Positions 32,281-43,673 of a stretch of DNA of 64,000 nucleotides are shown piece after piece. The notes beneath the pieces are model-generated. The model did not search any database and was not told the origin of the DNA. It saw only the letters and a list, made by a program, of their open reading frames with translations. Source of the DNA: Rhynchopus sp. YZ270_cl-10 (taxonomy: Eukaryota); the NCBI GenBank assembly GCA_964035575.1, contig OZ037834.1, forward strand, positions 1,302,001 to 1,366,000, given 5' to 3'. How positions within the stretch are numbered: the stretch's first letter is position 1; every line of letters starts with the position of its first letter. The position numbers and the translations under genes are program-made.

Positions 32281-35041
32281 TGATAGAGAGAGAGAGGAGG
32301 TAGGTTATGTACAAGGGGGGGGGGGGGTTTTTTTTGATAAAATTGTTGGATTAGTGTAGTTGCCTCGGGTTGTGTTGCTACAGTTTCTTTGATACTCTCA
32401 CATCATAGTGCAATGTGTGGGAAAGAGGTGTGAAAAGAAAATCTGTTAATTTGGAGTAGGGAGAGAGAGGGAGAGGGAGAGGGGAGAGGAGGGGGAATAC
32501 ACTGAGGTTGTTCTAGATTCATATACTTTCAGTTCGCAGAATTGAAAGTATTTGAGAGGGTCAACACAGGCGCCCTTTCTTTGGGTTTTAGACTGAGGTT
32601 GTTTGAAAAAAGAGGGAGGGAGAGGGAGGGTGACATTAGAGATTTTGGGAAGGGCTGGGAGAAAAAAAAAAAGAAGTTTTGGAGAGTGCAAAACGCCTCG
32701 CCGTAGTTTTAAAACAAAACAAAACAGAAAAAAAGCGGGCAGATGGGGGGCAGATGATGACGACACCCACATCGGACTGGTCAGGGGATGGGACTACTAG
32801 TCGTAACGACTAAAGCCACACTAGCAGTGGAACACTGGTGAAACGCTACTCATTTGGCCTAGTAGCACTACCTAGTAGCCCTCCCTGAATAGTCTCACCG
32901 TGCCTTACTTGGTTCCCAGAGAGGGTTGCGTAGTCTTTTTGGCTCACTTCACCGCTTCATCATCTGAACCAAGAACGACCACTTACCCTAAAGCACTATC
33001 GAACAAAGACAAATGCGCCTCTTGGAAAAGACAGGGTATGGGTCTGTAGGAGGCGGGGGGGTTTTTGTTGTGTCGACAATCACCTAAGATAGAGTGGAAG
33101 CCTATAGGATAGTCTGTATCCTCTGCACAATTTATTTTTGTATAAAAAAGGCAGTGCGAGAGAAACACCGTAAGGAACCCGCCTCCCGAGAGAGAAAGAA
33201 AAGTTTAATAAGATGGTGTTTGTGATGGTGGTGGACGAGGTCCTCGGAAGGGCATGTGTACACACACACAAAAAGTCGTGCGCAGAAGGTTTTTTTTCCC
33301 TTTGTTCGGGTCGTTGCAAAAAAAAAAAAAAAAAAGTTGGGCCTGACCACAAAGGAAATCTGCTGGTCATCAGTTAAACCTTATTCCTGTACACTGTTGT
33401 TTGGTGTGCTCATACGCAGAAGTCGTGCTAAGCCGGTACAGTCGCCTTAAAATAAAACACAAATACCAAAAGAAGAAAAACATAAAAAGACGAATGTACC
33501 AATCTTACGCAGACGTCTTAACAAAAAAAAAGTGGCATTTATTAAATTGCCGTTCCCTCACCCCTTTCTTGTTGTTTGATGCATTGATCCGTCTCCACAC
33601 CTGTTGGGTGGTGGTGGTTTTTGGAGTAGCACACGGTTGGGTGAGTGAAACGACGACTTGTCACGTGACACTTTCCGCTCACAAAGTAGTGTGCGTTTAA
33701 AAAGAAGAAAAAAAAAAAAAAGAAGAGGCAAAAATTAAGTTTTACTAACTATAAGAGTAGAACGCTTTCCACATACAATTCATGTAATGTTTGATAACAC
33801 ATTACAAAAGGTATTTTTAGACTTTTGTGGGAACTATGGTAAAAAAAAACAAGAGGGTCAATATTGGTGAGTCTCATCTCTCTGTGTTTCAAGTCACCAA
33901 AAAAAAAAAATTGAATAAAAAAAGGGTAAAGTGCGATACCACGTATACTTTTTGTGTACGTGTTATCGCAAACGGAAAAGGTATACGTGATATCGCAATT
34001 TACCCAAAATAACAGAAACTAAAAAAATGAACGGGGGTAACGGAGGATTCACCCCAAAAATAGAATATAACAAAGGAACGCCATTTTTAAGTCTGGGTAA
34101 ACAAAAAAAAAAAAGACAGCTGTAAAAGTATTGTGCTCGCAGGTCGAGGTCTCTCCCCCTCTCCACACACTCTTTCCTCTTATGTAGGTTGGACAGAGAG
34201 AGACCAAGTCTGCGCGGCAGGTACAGCAGAAACGATATTACCCATCCTAAAAGCTTTTGAGATCTCTGGCAAGATCACTTTGTTATTTTGCTTTGTTTTT
34301 TTTTTTTTGGGATATTTTATTAGATTTCTCCATGATCGTGCTGTGTTGATACAAGTTGATAAATTAGGGGGAAAACGAATAAAAAAAAAATCTGTGGAAA
34401 CCCAGAAATACAAACATCAACCAACAAAAAAAATTTTTTTTTCACATGGGGATATCCTCTCGTTGGAGCATTGTTAGGGAGAAAAAAAAAAATGGCAATA
34501 AAAAAAAAAAAAAAGAAACAAAAAATTGGTAAATATGATTCTAAGCCTCATTTGTGCTTAGTCACCTTTTTAAAAAAAGGTGGAGTAACAATAACATAAG
34601 ATGAACCTCAACCTTGTGGGTAGGTACTTATTAGATTTTTTATGAACGTGATCACAATCCTTGTCGTACATGCAGAAGAGGAAGAAGAAGAAGAGAAAGA
34701 AAGAGCAGAGTTTATGAGATAAACCTAATCCTCGCGTGCTTAGCTACCTTCTAATTAAAAAAAAAAACACTCTATGGTGCTCCGGAGGGGGTCGATATTG
34801 ACAGGTCGTTGACTGATTTCCCATATCACCACTCTATCTTTTTCCATTTGGACACAATAATCACAATAAAATACAAAATTCTGTGGAAAAAATGAGCAAC
34901 AGCCACTTCAAAGAAAACGGCAAAAAAACATTAACTCCACTTTTTTTCAGTACACACACATAACAGAAGGTCGACCAGCGGTGTTGTACAAAAAAATAAA
35001 ATGCACTTTGAAAAGCCATGTATATAGACATTCCTCAGATC

Positions 35042-38000
35042 TTACTCAACCGTCACCCAAACTGCCATTTCTGGGCTTTCTGGGGAGTCCTCTATGCAAT
35101 CGAATTCCTCTGTGAGAGTGCCTTTTTCGTTGTATGTGGATTCAGAGCATTTTGATTGGCGCTTGTAGAGGGCCCAGATTGTGAGGAGGAGGCAGGCTGC
35201 GCAGAAGAAAGCAATGCCTGCGAAGATGGCAGGGTTGATACCACCATTACCACCATTAGCATGCGCCGGAACCACCGTCATAACACCAGATGGCATTTCC
35301 GTCCCCCCACCCCCCTCCCCACACACCTGCAGCCCCCCTACCCTCATCTCTGCCTCCGCAAAGGCCCCGCCACCCCAGCTGGGGTACACCCACAGCTGTG
35401 TATAGCGTGCCTCGGCGATGAAGGTGAAGGTGACGGTGGTTGCGTTTGGGAAGGCCATCTCGGAGATGAAGACCGTCTGCTCACTGCTCGCAACGGGGAC
35501 CACCGGGGAGGAGGTGGTTGGAATGACGCCGTTTGCAAGCCGGACAGAAAAGGTGCCCTGTGTAGAGGACGTTTCGACCTGCATGTATGCGCGGTACTGC
35601 ACTCCAACCGCGAACACGGCGTCAGCAATGATGCCAGCGCTGAGGCCGGAGTGTGCCCATAACCACACCGAGTGTTCGTCCCCTGCCCCCTCTGTTAATG
35701 CAGGAAGCAGTGCAGGGGAGCCATGCGAGCTGTGCCACCCTGGCACCAACCCGGTGGAAACTGCGTCAGAGGCGTTGCTTTCTGTCGTGAAGGTGGGGTT
35801 CGCGATGAGGAGTGATGTGCACGTTGTCGGGGCGGGAGTGGTGGGGGTGGTAGGGACTGCAGTTGGGGCAGTGGTAGGTACCAGAGTAGGTGCCAGAATA
35901 GGTACCAGAGTAGGTGACTGAGTAGGTGCCAGAGTAGGTGCCGGAATAGGTGCCAGGGTAGGGCTTTCCGAGGGATAGCGGTCTGGATGTGGCGATGCAT
36001 AGCTATCATTGCTCGGGGACAGAGGTGTCGCAGTCGATGCCGCATTGCACACTACAACGTTGTCCACTGAAAGCTCTGCCTGAGACATCTGGTCTGTGCC
36101 CGTCCAGTTTGGGTAGATCCACAGCTGTGAGAAGTCTGCGTCTGCAGTGAAGTTGAAGGTGACAACAGTTGCATTCGTAAACACCATCCCACCCGTGTAC
36201 ACCGTCTGCTGGCTGGCCACAGAGGGGGGTTTCAATGAGGTGCTTTGGTGCAGCCCGTTCGCCAGCTTCACGTAGAAGCTTCCTGGGTGTGTCTCCGGGT
36301 TGGTCCGCACCCACATGCTTGCGTGGTAGTGTGTGTTCTTTGTGAAGGTAGCGTCGGCAAATATTCCTTCGCCCATACCAGAGTGTGACCACATCCACAT
36401 GCGGTATGACGTGCCCATTCCGAAGAGTGTGGGTGTACCATGCGAGCTGGACCACCCAGGCACTGACTCTGCACCCTCTGGTGCGCTCCGTTCAGGGTCG
36501 AAGGTCGGGTTTTCCACCAGCGATGCTGCGCACTCAGGGTTAGGAAGGGAATCAGCAGGTGTCTCCGGACCTGGTGTGTTCGTACCTGGTGTCTCCGTGC
36601 GCGGAAGTACAGCAGTCTCTGTCACAGGCACAGGCGGCACCCATGTTTGAGGCACTTCAGTTGTCTCTGCGCACACCATGACACTGCCCACCCTGAGCTC
36701 TGCCTGAGACATCTGGTCTGTGCCCGTCCAGTTTGGGTAGATCCACAGCTGTGAGAAGTCTGCGTCTGCAGTGAAGTTGAAGGTGACAACAGTTACATTC
36801 GTGAACACCATCCCACCCGTGTACACCGTCTGCTGGCTGGCCACAGAGGGTTTTGGTGTGACCCACGTGGTCTCGTTATGTAGCCCGTTCGCTAGCTTCA
36901 CGTAGAAGCTTCCTGGGTGTGTCTCCGGGTTGGTCACGACCCACATGCTTGCGTGGTAGTGTGTGTTTGCAGAGAAGGCGGCAGCAGTGAACATCCCTTC
37001 ACCAACACCTGAGTGCGACCACATCCATGCTGAGTGGTCCAGCGCCGAAGCACTGTCCAGCGCAGGAAGCACCGAAGGACTCCCATGTGAGGCCTCCCAC
37101 CCAGTTATGTTCCCCACACGAATTGCCTGGCTCGAGTCGGTCACATCAGCAAGGTCTTTGACCGCAAAATCCGGGTTCTTCACAATTGAGGTGCTGCACT
37201 GGGCAGCAGCCGGCACTGTGCGTGGTGTCTCCGTACCTGGTGTCTCCGTGCACGGTACAGCAGTCTCTGTCACAGGCACAGGCGGCACCCATGTTTGAGG
37301 CACTTCAGTTGTCTCTGCGCACACCATGACACTGCCCACCCTGAGTTCTGCCTGAGTCCTCTGGTCTGTGCCCGTCCAGTTTGGGTAGATCCACAGCTGT
37401 GAGAAGTCTGCGTCTGCAGTGAAGTTGAAGGTGGCAACAGTGGCATTTGTAAACACCATCCCACCCGTGTACACCGTCTGCTGGCTGGCCACAGAGGGGG
37501 GTTTCCCACCATCGGAGTGTAGCCCGTTCGCCAGCTTCACGTAGAAGCTTCCTGGGTGTGTCTCCGGGTTGGTCCGCACCCACATGCTTGCGTGGTAGTG
37601 TGTGTTCTTTGTGAAGGTAGCGTCGGCAAATATTCCTTCGCCCTTACCAGAGTACGACCACATCCACACTGAGTGGTCCAGCACCGAAGTATCGTTGATC
37701 GCCGCGAACAATGAAGGGGTGCCATGCGAGGCCTGCCAGCCACTTACGTTCCCCTTCCACAATGCGTTGTTCAGGTCCGTCGCGTCAGCAACGTCTTTGA
37801 CAGCGAAATCTGGGTTCAGCAGAAGCGAGGTGCTGCACTGGTCAGCTTCTGGCACAAGTGTGCTTGGCGCAAGTGTGTTAGGTTGTGCTGAGGGCGGTGC
37901 AGACACAGCGTACGCTTCCACAGTCGTCTTCGCATCACCCACAATGACGCAGTAGAACACACCCATATCCTCAAGCAACGCAGTCAAGTCCCCACTCAGC

Positions 38001-38968
38001 ACAACTGCCGACTGCATTGACACAGTCACACTCTGTGTTGACGTGGACGGGAAGTCAGAAAGCGGCACACGCAACAGACCCTGATTCCTTCCTGAGAGGT
38101 ACACGAATTCCCCAACCACATCAATGCTGAACAGCCTGGTCAAGTCCGTCAAGTCAACCGCGTACTGAAACTTCCCAAACTCGGCATCCTGCATACTGAA
38201 CACATTGATGTAGGCCCATTTGTGGTACGCCGCACACAGAAGCTGGTCACCAGCAAACGCTATCCATGGCTCTGTGTCGTGCCCGACAGCCTCCTCCAGC
38301 ACCGAGTGCACTGACCCACTTGCCACGTTCACTGCCACCACTGCACCCCAAGTTGTATTCAGAGAACGCCCCCCGAAGTAGACGAGCCCGTTGCGTTCTA
38401 TGCCTGGCTCGCGTGAACGTACTGCGAAGTTGTCGGTGGTGAAGGACACGAGCTGGGGTGGCCAGATGCCCGCAGTGAGGGGGCTTACCGCGAGCAGGTA
38501 CGTTGAGATGATGGAGGGAGAGGAACATCGAGAGGACACGGCCTCATATGTTTCGCACTCGGCGACCACGAGCACTTGCCCCAGTCCGCTGAGTGGTTTC
38601 CCTACCACGCTGAGCGAGGTGACGGTACGAGACAACACCATCATGCGTGGCGCTTGGAGACTGCCGTCGGTGGTGTTCAATGGGTGAATCCGTATCCCAT
38701 ACTGCGCGTCCGCAGGTGAGACAACAAGGTACTGTGTGTCGTCGTCCACCACCACATGCGCCATGGCAAAGATCCCTGCACCCGTCGCTGTCGTCGCAAT
38801 CACAGGCGGCACCTCGCCCAGGTCTGCCTGCACAACATCACCCGAGGCAGTGCCGAGGTACAGCACGCCCTTGATAGCAACCATCGCTGTCGGCGTAACA
38901 TCAAGACTACCTACAGACCGCACGTCAAACGCACCCAGCATGCACACTGCGAGTACAGGGGTCAGCAT
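35042..38968 (-). CDS. Surface protein array copy 1: propeller-like domain + four beta-sandwich modules + TM (~1308 aa)
   Basis: Signal peptide MLTPVLAVCMLG; ~350-aa beta-rich domain; four modules of pattern C..L..NP.F..GW..SHG[TS]P..W.WS..G.GEG..F.F.A.A..[ST]QLW[IV]YP..C; Pro/Thr linkers; TM AIFAGIAFFCAACLLLTIWALY-KR. Confidence 0.9.
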   Translation of the reverse strand: MLTPVLAVCMLGAFDVRSVGSLDVTPTAMVAIKGVLYLGTASGDVVQADLGEVPPVIATTATGAGIFAMAHVVVDDDTQYLVVSPADAQYGIRIHPLNTTDGSLQAPRMMVLSRTVTSLSVVGKPLSGLGQVLVVAECETYEAVSSRCSSPSIISTYLLAVSPLTAGIWPPQLVSFTTDNFAVRSREPGIERNGLVYFGGRSLNTTWGAVVAVNVASGSVHSVLEEAVGHDTEPWIAFAGDQLLCAAYHKWAYINVFSMQDAEFGKFQYAVDLTDLTRLFSIDVVGEFVYLSGRNQGLLRVPLSDFPSTSTQSVTVSMQSAVVLSGDLTALLEDMGVFYCVIVGDAKTTVEAYAVSAPPSAQPNTLAPSTLVPEADQCSTSLLLNPDFAVKDVADATDLNNALWKGNVSGWQASHGTPSLFAAINDTSVLDHSVWMWSYSGKGEGIFADATFTKNTHYHASMWVRTNPETHPGSFYVKLANGLHSDGGKPPSVASQQTVYTGGMVFTNATVATFNFTADADFSQLWIYPNWTGTDQRTQAELRVGSVMVCAETTEVPQTWVPPVPVTETAVPCTETPGTETPRTVPAAAQCSTSIVKNPDFAVKDLADVTDSSQAIRVGNITGWEASHGSPSVLPALDSASALDHSAWMWSHSGVGEGMFTAAAFSANTHYHASMWVVTNPETHPGSFYVKLANGLHNETTWVTPKPSVASQQTVYTGGMVFTNVTVVTFNFTADADFSQLWIYPNWTGTDQMSQAELRVGSVMVCAETTEVPQTWVPPVPVTETAVLPRTETPGTNTPGPETPADSLPNPECAASLVENPTFDPERSAPEGAESVPGWSSSHGTPTLFGMGTSYRMWMWSHSGMGEGIFADATFTKNTHYHASMWVRTNPETHPGSFYVKLANGLHQSTSLKPPSVASQQTVYTGGMVFTNATVVTFNFTADADFSQLWIYPNWTGTDQMSQAELSVDNVVVCNAASTATPLSPSNDSYASPHPDRYPSESPTLAPIPAPTLAPTQSPTLVPILAPTLVPTTAPTAVPTTPTTPAPTTCTSLLIANPTFTTESNASDAVSTGLVPGWHSSHGSPALLPALTEGAGDEHSVWLWAHSGLSAGIIADAVFAVGVQYRAYMQVETSSTQGTFSVRLANGVIPTTSSPVVPVASSEQTVFISEMAFPNATTVTFTFIAEARYTQLWVYPSWGGGAFAEAEMRVGGLQVCGEGGGGTEMPSGVMTVVPAHANGGNGGINPAIFAGIAFFCAACLLLTIWALYKRQSKCSESTYNEKGTLTEEFDCIEDSPESPEMAVWVTVE

Positions 38969-39507
38969 ACTTTTTCCTCTTTTTTTTAGCTGGGTGGTGT
39001 AATATATCAGTTGGTTGTGTTGTGGTGTTGACGTGTGACAAACAAAAAATCCACCTTTTTTTAACGTCCTCACACATCACTTTCGCACCTTTGGGAGATG
39101 GTATGTGTTGGCAGGTATGAGAATATTAAAAAAAAAGTTTGGCTTGAAATACAAAGCCCTCTTGTGACAGTGTCTCTCCCAAAAAATGAAAACTATTCGA
39201 AAGAGAAGACACCACAGGCCCACCAAGCAGACTCACATATGGGTTATATTCCGATAACGAAGGATAATTTTCGTGGTAAATGGGGAGGCGCTTCCGTTAA
39301 ACGGCAACCCACAAGAGTAGAACGACAACCAAACTTTTGAGAAACAGACGCCAATGAGACCTAGAGTCTCTCTTCTTACTTGTGTGCTACAGACAAACAT
39401 GACAACGCTAACCACGACTGCCACGGCAGAGCGGGGTCCCTAACGGTTCACTGGGGGGGATCCACATAGATAAAGAAAACAAAAAAAAACGAAAGCAAGG
39501 AAGAAAT

Positions 39508-40243
39508 CAGGGTATTATATACGTATAGTAAAACTGGTCAGGCTGACCAGTTTTTGAAATTTTTTTGGGGGAAAAAAAAAGTGGGCTCTCAACGTAGACC
39601 GCGAAATGGAAGTAAGCTGGGCGGGAGGGTGGGCGTGGCGTGGATATATTCTGTTGCGACACGTAATTTTTCCAAGTTTTCAAAAAAAAAAGTGGGCTGG
39701 GGTTTTTTGGGGTTTCGCGACCACTTCTTCCACCCCACCCAAAATCCTGCCTCACGAAAAGGAGACTGAAAGGGAAAAAATTATGCCCGAGCCTCCGAAT
39801 TGGTCAAACGCCGAAGGAAAAGGAAGCATGCAACATGGCGAAATAATAAAAGTAGCGTACCGTGCGCCTGCGGCGCAAGCTTGCAACCCACCCCTTCCCA
39901 TGACATAGTTTGGCAGTAAAAATGCGCAATTGTAATCACATTTTTTTTAAATGTTGCGTACCGTGGCTTCGCTTTGGGTGCCATGACCGCCCTTTCTTTG
40001 TTGTAAATGTACTGAGGTTACTAACAGTTCGTGTTCCTGGCCATGGAGTTGGATAACCGAGGAATTCTCACATTCCTCCGGAGCCCCCCAACTTGAGCTG
40101 GGTTGGGGACCCGGGCTCGACCGAGTTTCAACGAAAACCCCCAAAACCAAAAATCCCCTGTTTAAGTCTTTTGTGGTGAAAAAAAATCCTGAAATCCGGT
40201 GACCAGTTTTTTTGAAAATTTGAAAAACCTGTATAATACCCTG
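39508..40243. mobile_element. Non-autonomous TIR element with CAGG ends (hAT-like), 736 bp
   Basis: Perfect 12-bp TIR cagggtattata/tataataccctg; subterminal aaaactggtca/tgaccagtttt motifs; TSD only imperfect (aagaaat vs aagaaaa). A related right-end fragment lies at about 61935-62019. Confidence 0.7.
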
Positions 40244-40264
40244 AAGAAAACCAGTAAAAAAAAA

Positions 40265-41545
40265 AATAACTATTTATTCAACGCCTTTTAGCGTGGTTTT
40301 TTTTTGCGATAACTTCACGCATTTTTTTCCCAGGCGAGTGGTAGTTAATTTGCCGAGCGAAGCGAGGCAAATTGAATCCACGAGCCTGGGAAAAAAATAA
40401 GTGAAGTATCGCAAAAAAATTCGCTAAAAGGCGTTGAATACGTAATTTTATTTCACGTTAAATAAAGTATACGAAAGGATTTGGCACTTTTAACGTGACT
40501 CATTTATTGTGCAATAACTAACGAGTTTGTGTCCCTCCAGGTAGCTTTCCTTACCCTCCCGCCAGCGCTACCGGGAATCCCACGGGACCCCTAGCTAGGC
40601 TAGCGGGACTCCCGCTGGGGGGGCTGGCGTACCTGAGGGGCTGGAGGGAGGCTAAAAAAGGCTGGAGGGTCCCTCCAGCCCTGTTACCCTCCCGCGGGGG
40701 AACCTGCAAAAACCCGGTAAACTGGGCCCGGGTGCTAGCGGGAGGTCGGGAAATGGCTATCGTGCAAGAGCGAGAGACATTCAGAAGATCCCCGCCCATC
40801 ACAGAATATCATGTCAGCACCGCCTTCCTCACAATGAAGTAAGGGGGTGGTGTGTCCTTCGCCTTGATAGTAATGAAGGAGTCGATTTCTTGTTTCGTAA
40901 GTGAGGAGTGTCTTGGACTGTCGTGTCGGTAGCCGGTCTCGTGTTGCTTCAAGAGACACACGAGCCTGCGGAAACTGGTCTTGCAGTTGCACCCCATACT
41001 TCCTCACCAATATGTTGCTCAGCTTACTGAACGCTGTCCATTACGACGACGATTTGATGCACTATGCACAAAACAAAGTCGGCTTCCGTGGGCTTACCGT
41101 TGGGCTTCCCTTAAAAAGCGGTCCCATTCACGGATGTACGGTGTCGACGATGCTAGTCCTTCAACAAAACCACTGTAGTGCTCGTCCATCTCTTGTCGGA
41201 GGACCGTTTGCGTCTTAGATCCTTCGGCATGTTGCGTGTGTCAAAAAAAAATGGGAAAAGTCCAAAAAAAAAATCGCAATTTTCAATTTTTAGGCGGGTG
41301 GTAGTGCAGGATGTACCAAAATTTAGCGTGAAGTTATCGCCAAAAAAAACCCCTGTTTTAGCGTGAAAAAAACAAAAATAAAATCACGCTCCTAAGGAAT
41401 TGCAGTGAAAAAAAGTGAAAATGCGTGAAATAAAGTTCAATTAGCGTGGTTTTTATTTGCGAAAAAAACACGGCGTGAAATTATCATTAAAAAGAATCAC
41501 GCTAAAAGTGCCAAATCCTTCGTATACTTTATTTAACTGTGGAAT
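40265..41545 (-). mobile_element. Decayed tyrosine-recombinase (Crypton-like) element, unit 1
   Basis: 1281-bp unit with a terminal tattca...tgaata palindrome (40275-40440), a ~41-bp inverted repeat pair (40457-40498 / 41497-41537), aataa terminal direct repeats and a frameshifted YR-like coding remnant. Confidence 0.72.
40760..41189 (-). pseudogene. Frameshifted N-terminal half of a tyrosine recombinase (duplicated at about 42041-42469)
   Basis: Frames stitched by hand read YIREWDRFLRE / GKPTEADFV / SS*WTAFSKLSNILVRKYG / RLVCLLKQHETGY / TRQSKTL / LTKQEIDSFI..YFIVRKAVL / VMGG / SSECLSLLHD. This follows the Crypton-type YR layout up to box I (G.R..E..L...D). Confidence 0.68.
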
Positions 41546-42826
41546 AATAACTATTTATTCAACGCCTTTTAGCGTGGTTTTTTTTTGCGATAACTTCACG
41601 CATTTTTTTCCCAGGCGAGTGGTAGTTAATTTGCCGAGCGAAGCGAGGCAAATTGAATCCACGAGCCTGGGAAAAAAATAAGTGAAGTATCGCAAAAAAA
41701 TTCGCTAAAAGGCGTTGAATACGTAATTTTATTTCACGTTAAATAAAGTATACGAAAGGATTTGGCACTTTTAACGTGACTCATTTATTGTGCAATAACT
41801 AACGAGTTTGTGTCCCTCCAGGTAGCTTTCCTTACCCTCCCGCCAGCGCTACCGGGAATCCCACGGGACCCCTAGCTAGGCTAGCGGGACTCCCGCTGGG
41901 GGGGCTGGCGTACCTGAGGGGCTGGAGGGAGGCTAAAAAAGGCTGGAGGGTCCCTCCAGCCCTGTTACCCTCCCGCGGGGGAACCTGCAAAAACCCGGTA
42001 AACTGGGCCCGGGTGCTAGCGGGAGGTCGGGAAATGGCTATCGTGCAAGAGCGAGAGACATTCAGAAGATCCCCGCCCATCACAGAATATCATGTCAGCA
42101 CCGCCTTCCTCACAATGAAGTAAGGGGGTGGTGTGTCCTTCGCCTTGATAGTAATGAAGGAGTCGATTTCTTGTTTCGTAAGTGAGGAGTGTCTTGGACT
42201 GTCGTGTCGGTAGCCGGTCTCGTGTTGCTTCAAGAGACACACGAGCCTGCGGAAACTGGTCTTGCAGTTGCACCCATACTTCCTCACCAATATGCTGCTC
42301 AGCTTACTGAACGCTGTCCATTACGACGACGATTTGATGCACTATGCACAAAACAAAGTCGGCTTCCGTGGGCTTACCGTTGGGCTTCCCTTAAAAAGCG
42401 GTCCCATTCACGGATGTACGGTGTCGACGATGCTAGTCCTTCAACAAAACCACTGTAGTGCTCGTCCATCTCTTGTCGGAGGACCGTTTACGTCTTAGAT
42501 CCTTCGGCATGTTGCGTGTGTCAAAAAAAATGGGAAAAGTGCAAAAAAAAATCGCAATTTTCAATTTTTAGGCGGGTGGTGGTGCAGGATGTACCAAAAT
42601 TTAGCGTGAAGTTATCGCCAAAAAAAACCCCTGTTTTAGCGTGAAAAAAACAAAAATAAAATCACGCTCCTAAGGAATTGCAGTGAAAAAAAGTGAAAAA
42701 TGCGTGAAATAAAGTTCAATTAGCGTGGTTTTTATTTGCGAAAAAAACACGGCGTGAAATTATCATTAAAAAGAATCACGCTAAAAGTGCCAAATCCTTC
42801 GTATACTTTATTTAACTGTGGAATAA
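41546..42826 (-). mobile_element. Decayed tyrosine-recombinase (Crypton-like) element, unit 2 (head-to-tail)
   Basis: Near-identical copy of 40265-41545 with a few SNPs and homopolymer indels; junction ...ctgtggaataataactattt; right end runs into poly-A. Confidence 0.72.
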
Positions 42827-43673
42827 AAAAAAAAAAAAAAAAAATCTGTTCGAAAGAGGGGGAATATCAACATTGCAGAAAGACATACATCACAGGGTAC
42901 GCAAGACGAATCGGAGAAGAATGACAATAAAGAAAAACTGAGGTGAACGTGCAAATGCCTCACCGTTCATCGGCGGACGCAGGCACTGGTTCTCCGCGTG
43001 TCACAAAAAATGAATACGTAAAGACGACTTTTTTCCAAATCGGAAAACTCCCCCCCTCAACAAAGCGATAACGATGTCAATATCAGACAAAACAACGTGG
43101 TGTGAGGGTACGTCCCCTTTACTGTGAAACAGAGTTCTGTCCCGCGATCATGGCTGTGATCTTGTTTGTGAACTACGAATGCGACAATCGCTACTAAGGG
43201 GGGGTTTGTGTTGCAACAACACTGTCTCCCGAAAAGTGGTTAGATAGACAAGCAGGATCGAAGGAAGCCATGGGGACATCCACCCCAAATGTGACTCACA
43301 AAGGGGTGGTATCGCGGTAGAGAACACAGAAGGTGACACACCCACATCACAACACTTTGATCAGGTGTCTGGCTCTGAGAGACTCGAAGGGTTGTAGGGA
43401 AAAAATTCGGAGGGAGTGCAGACGATCCCTCTTCACACCGGGGAAAGGGTTTCGCTGTTAAAGCTCGCATGTTAGCCTTGACGATGAGCTGTTGTATGAC
43501 CCACGCTCGCAGATGAAAATGGTAGAACCTTCGGATCTTTTGTTCTCTTGAGGGAGTCAAAAGTGAGGTTGACATACAGACACCTTTGGGATGCCGACCT
43601 GGGTCACTTCAACCAAGCTGCCCAAAGTGATTCTGGGAATACCGTTCCAGCCTCAGTCATCTTAGTCAGCTGT

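Noticed and set aside
32775..32894. Small inverted-repeat structures here and at about 57040-57160
   Set aside because: Imperfect IRs are present, but no TSD or second copy supports an element call.
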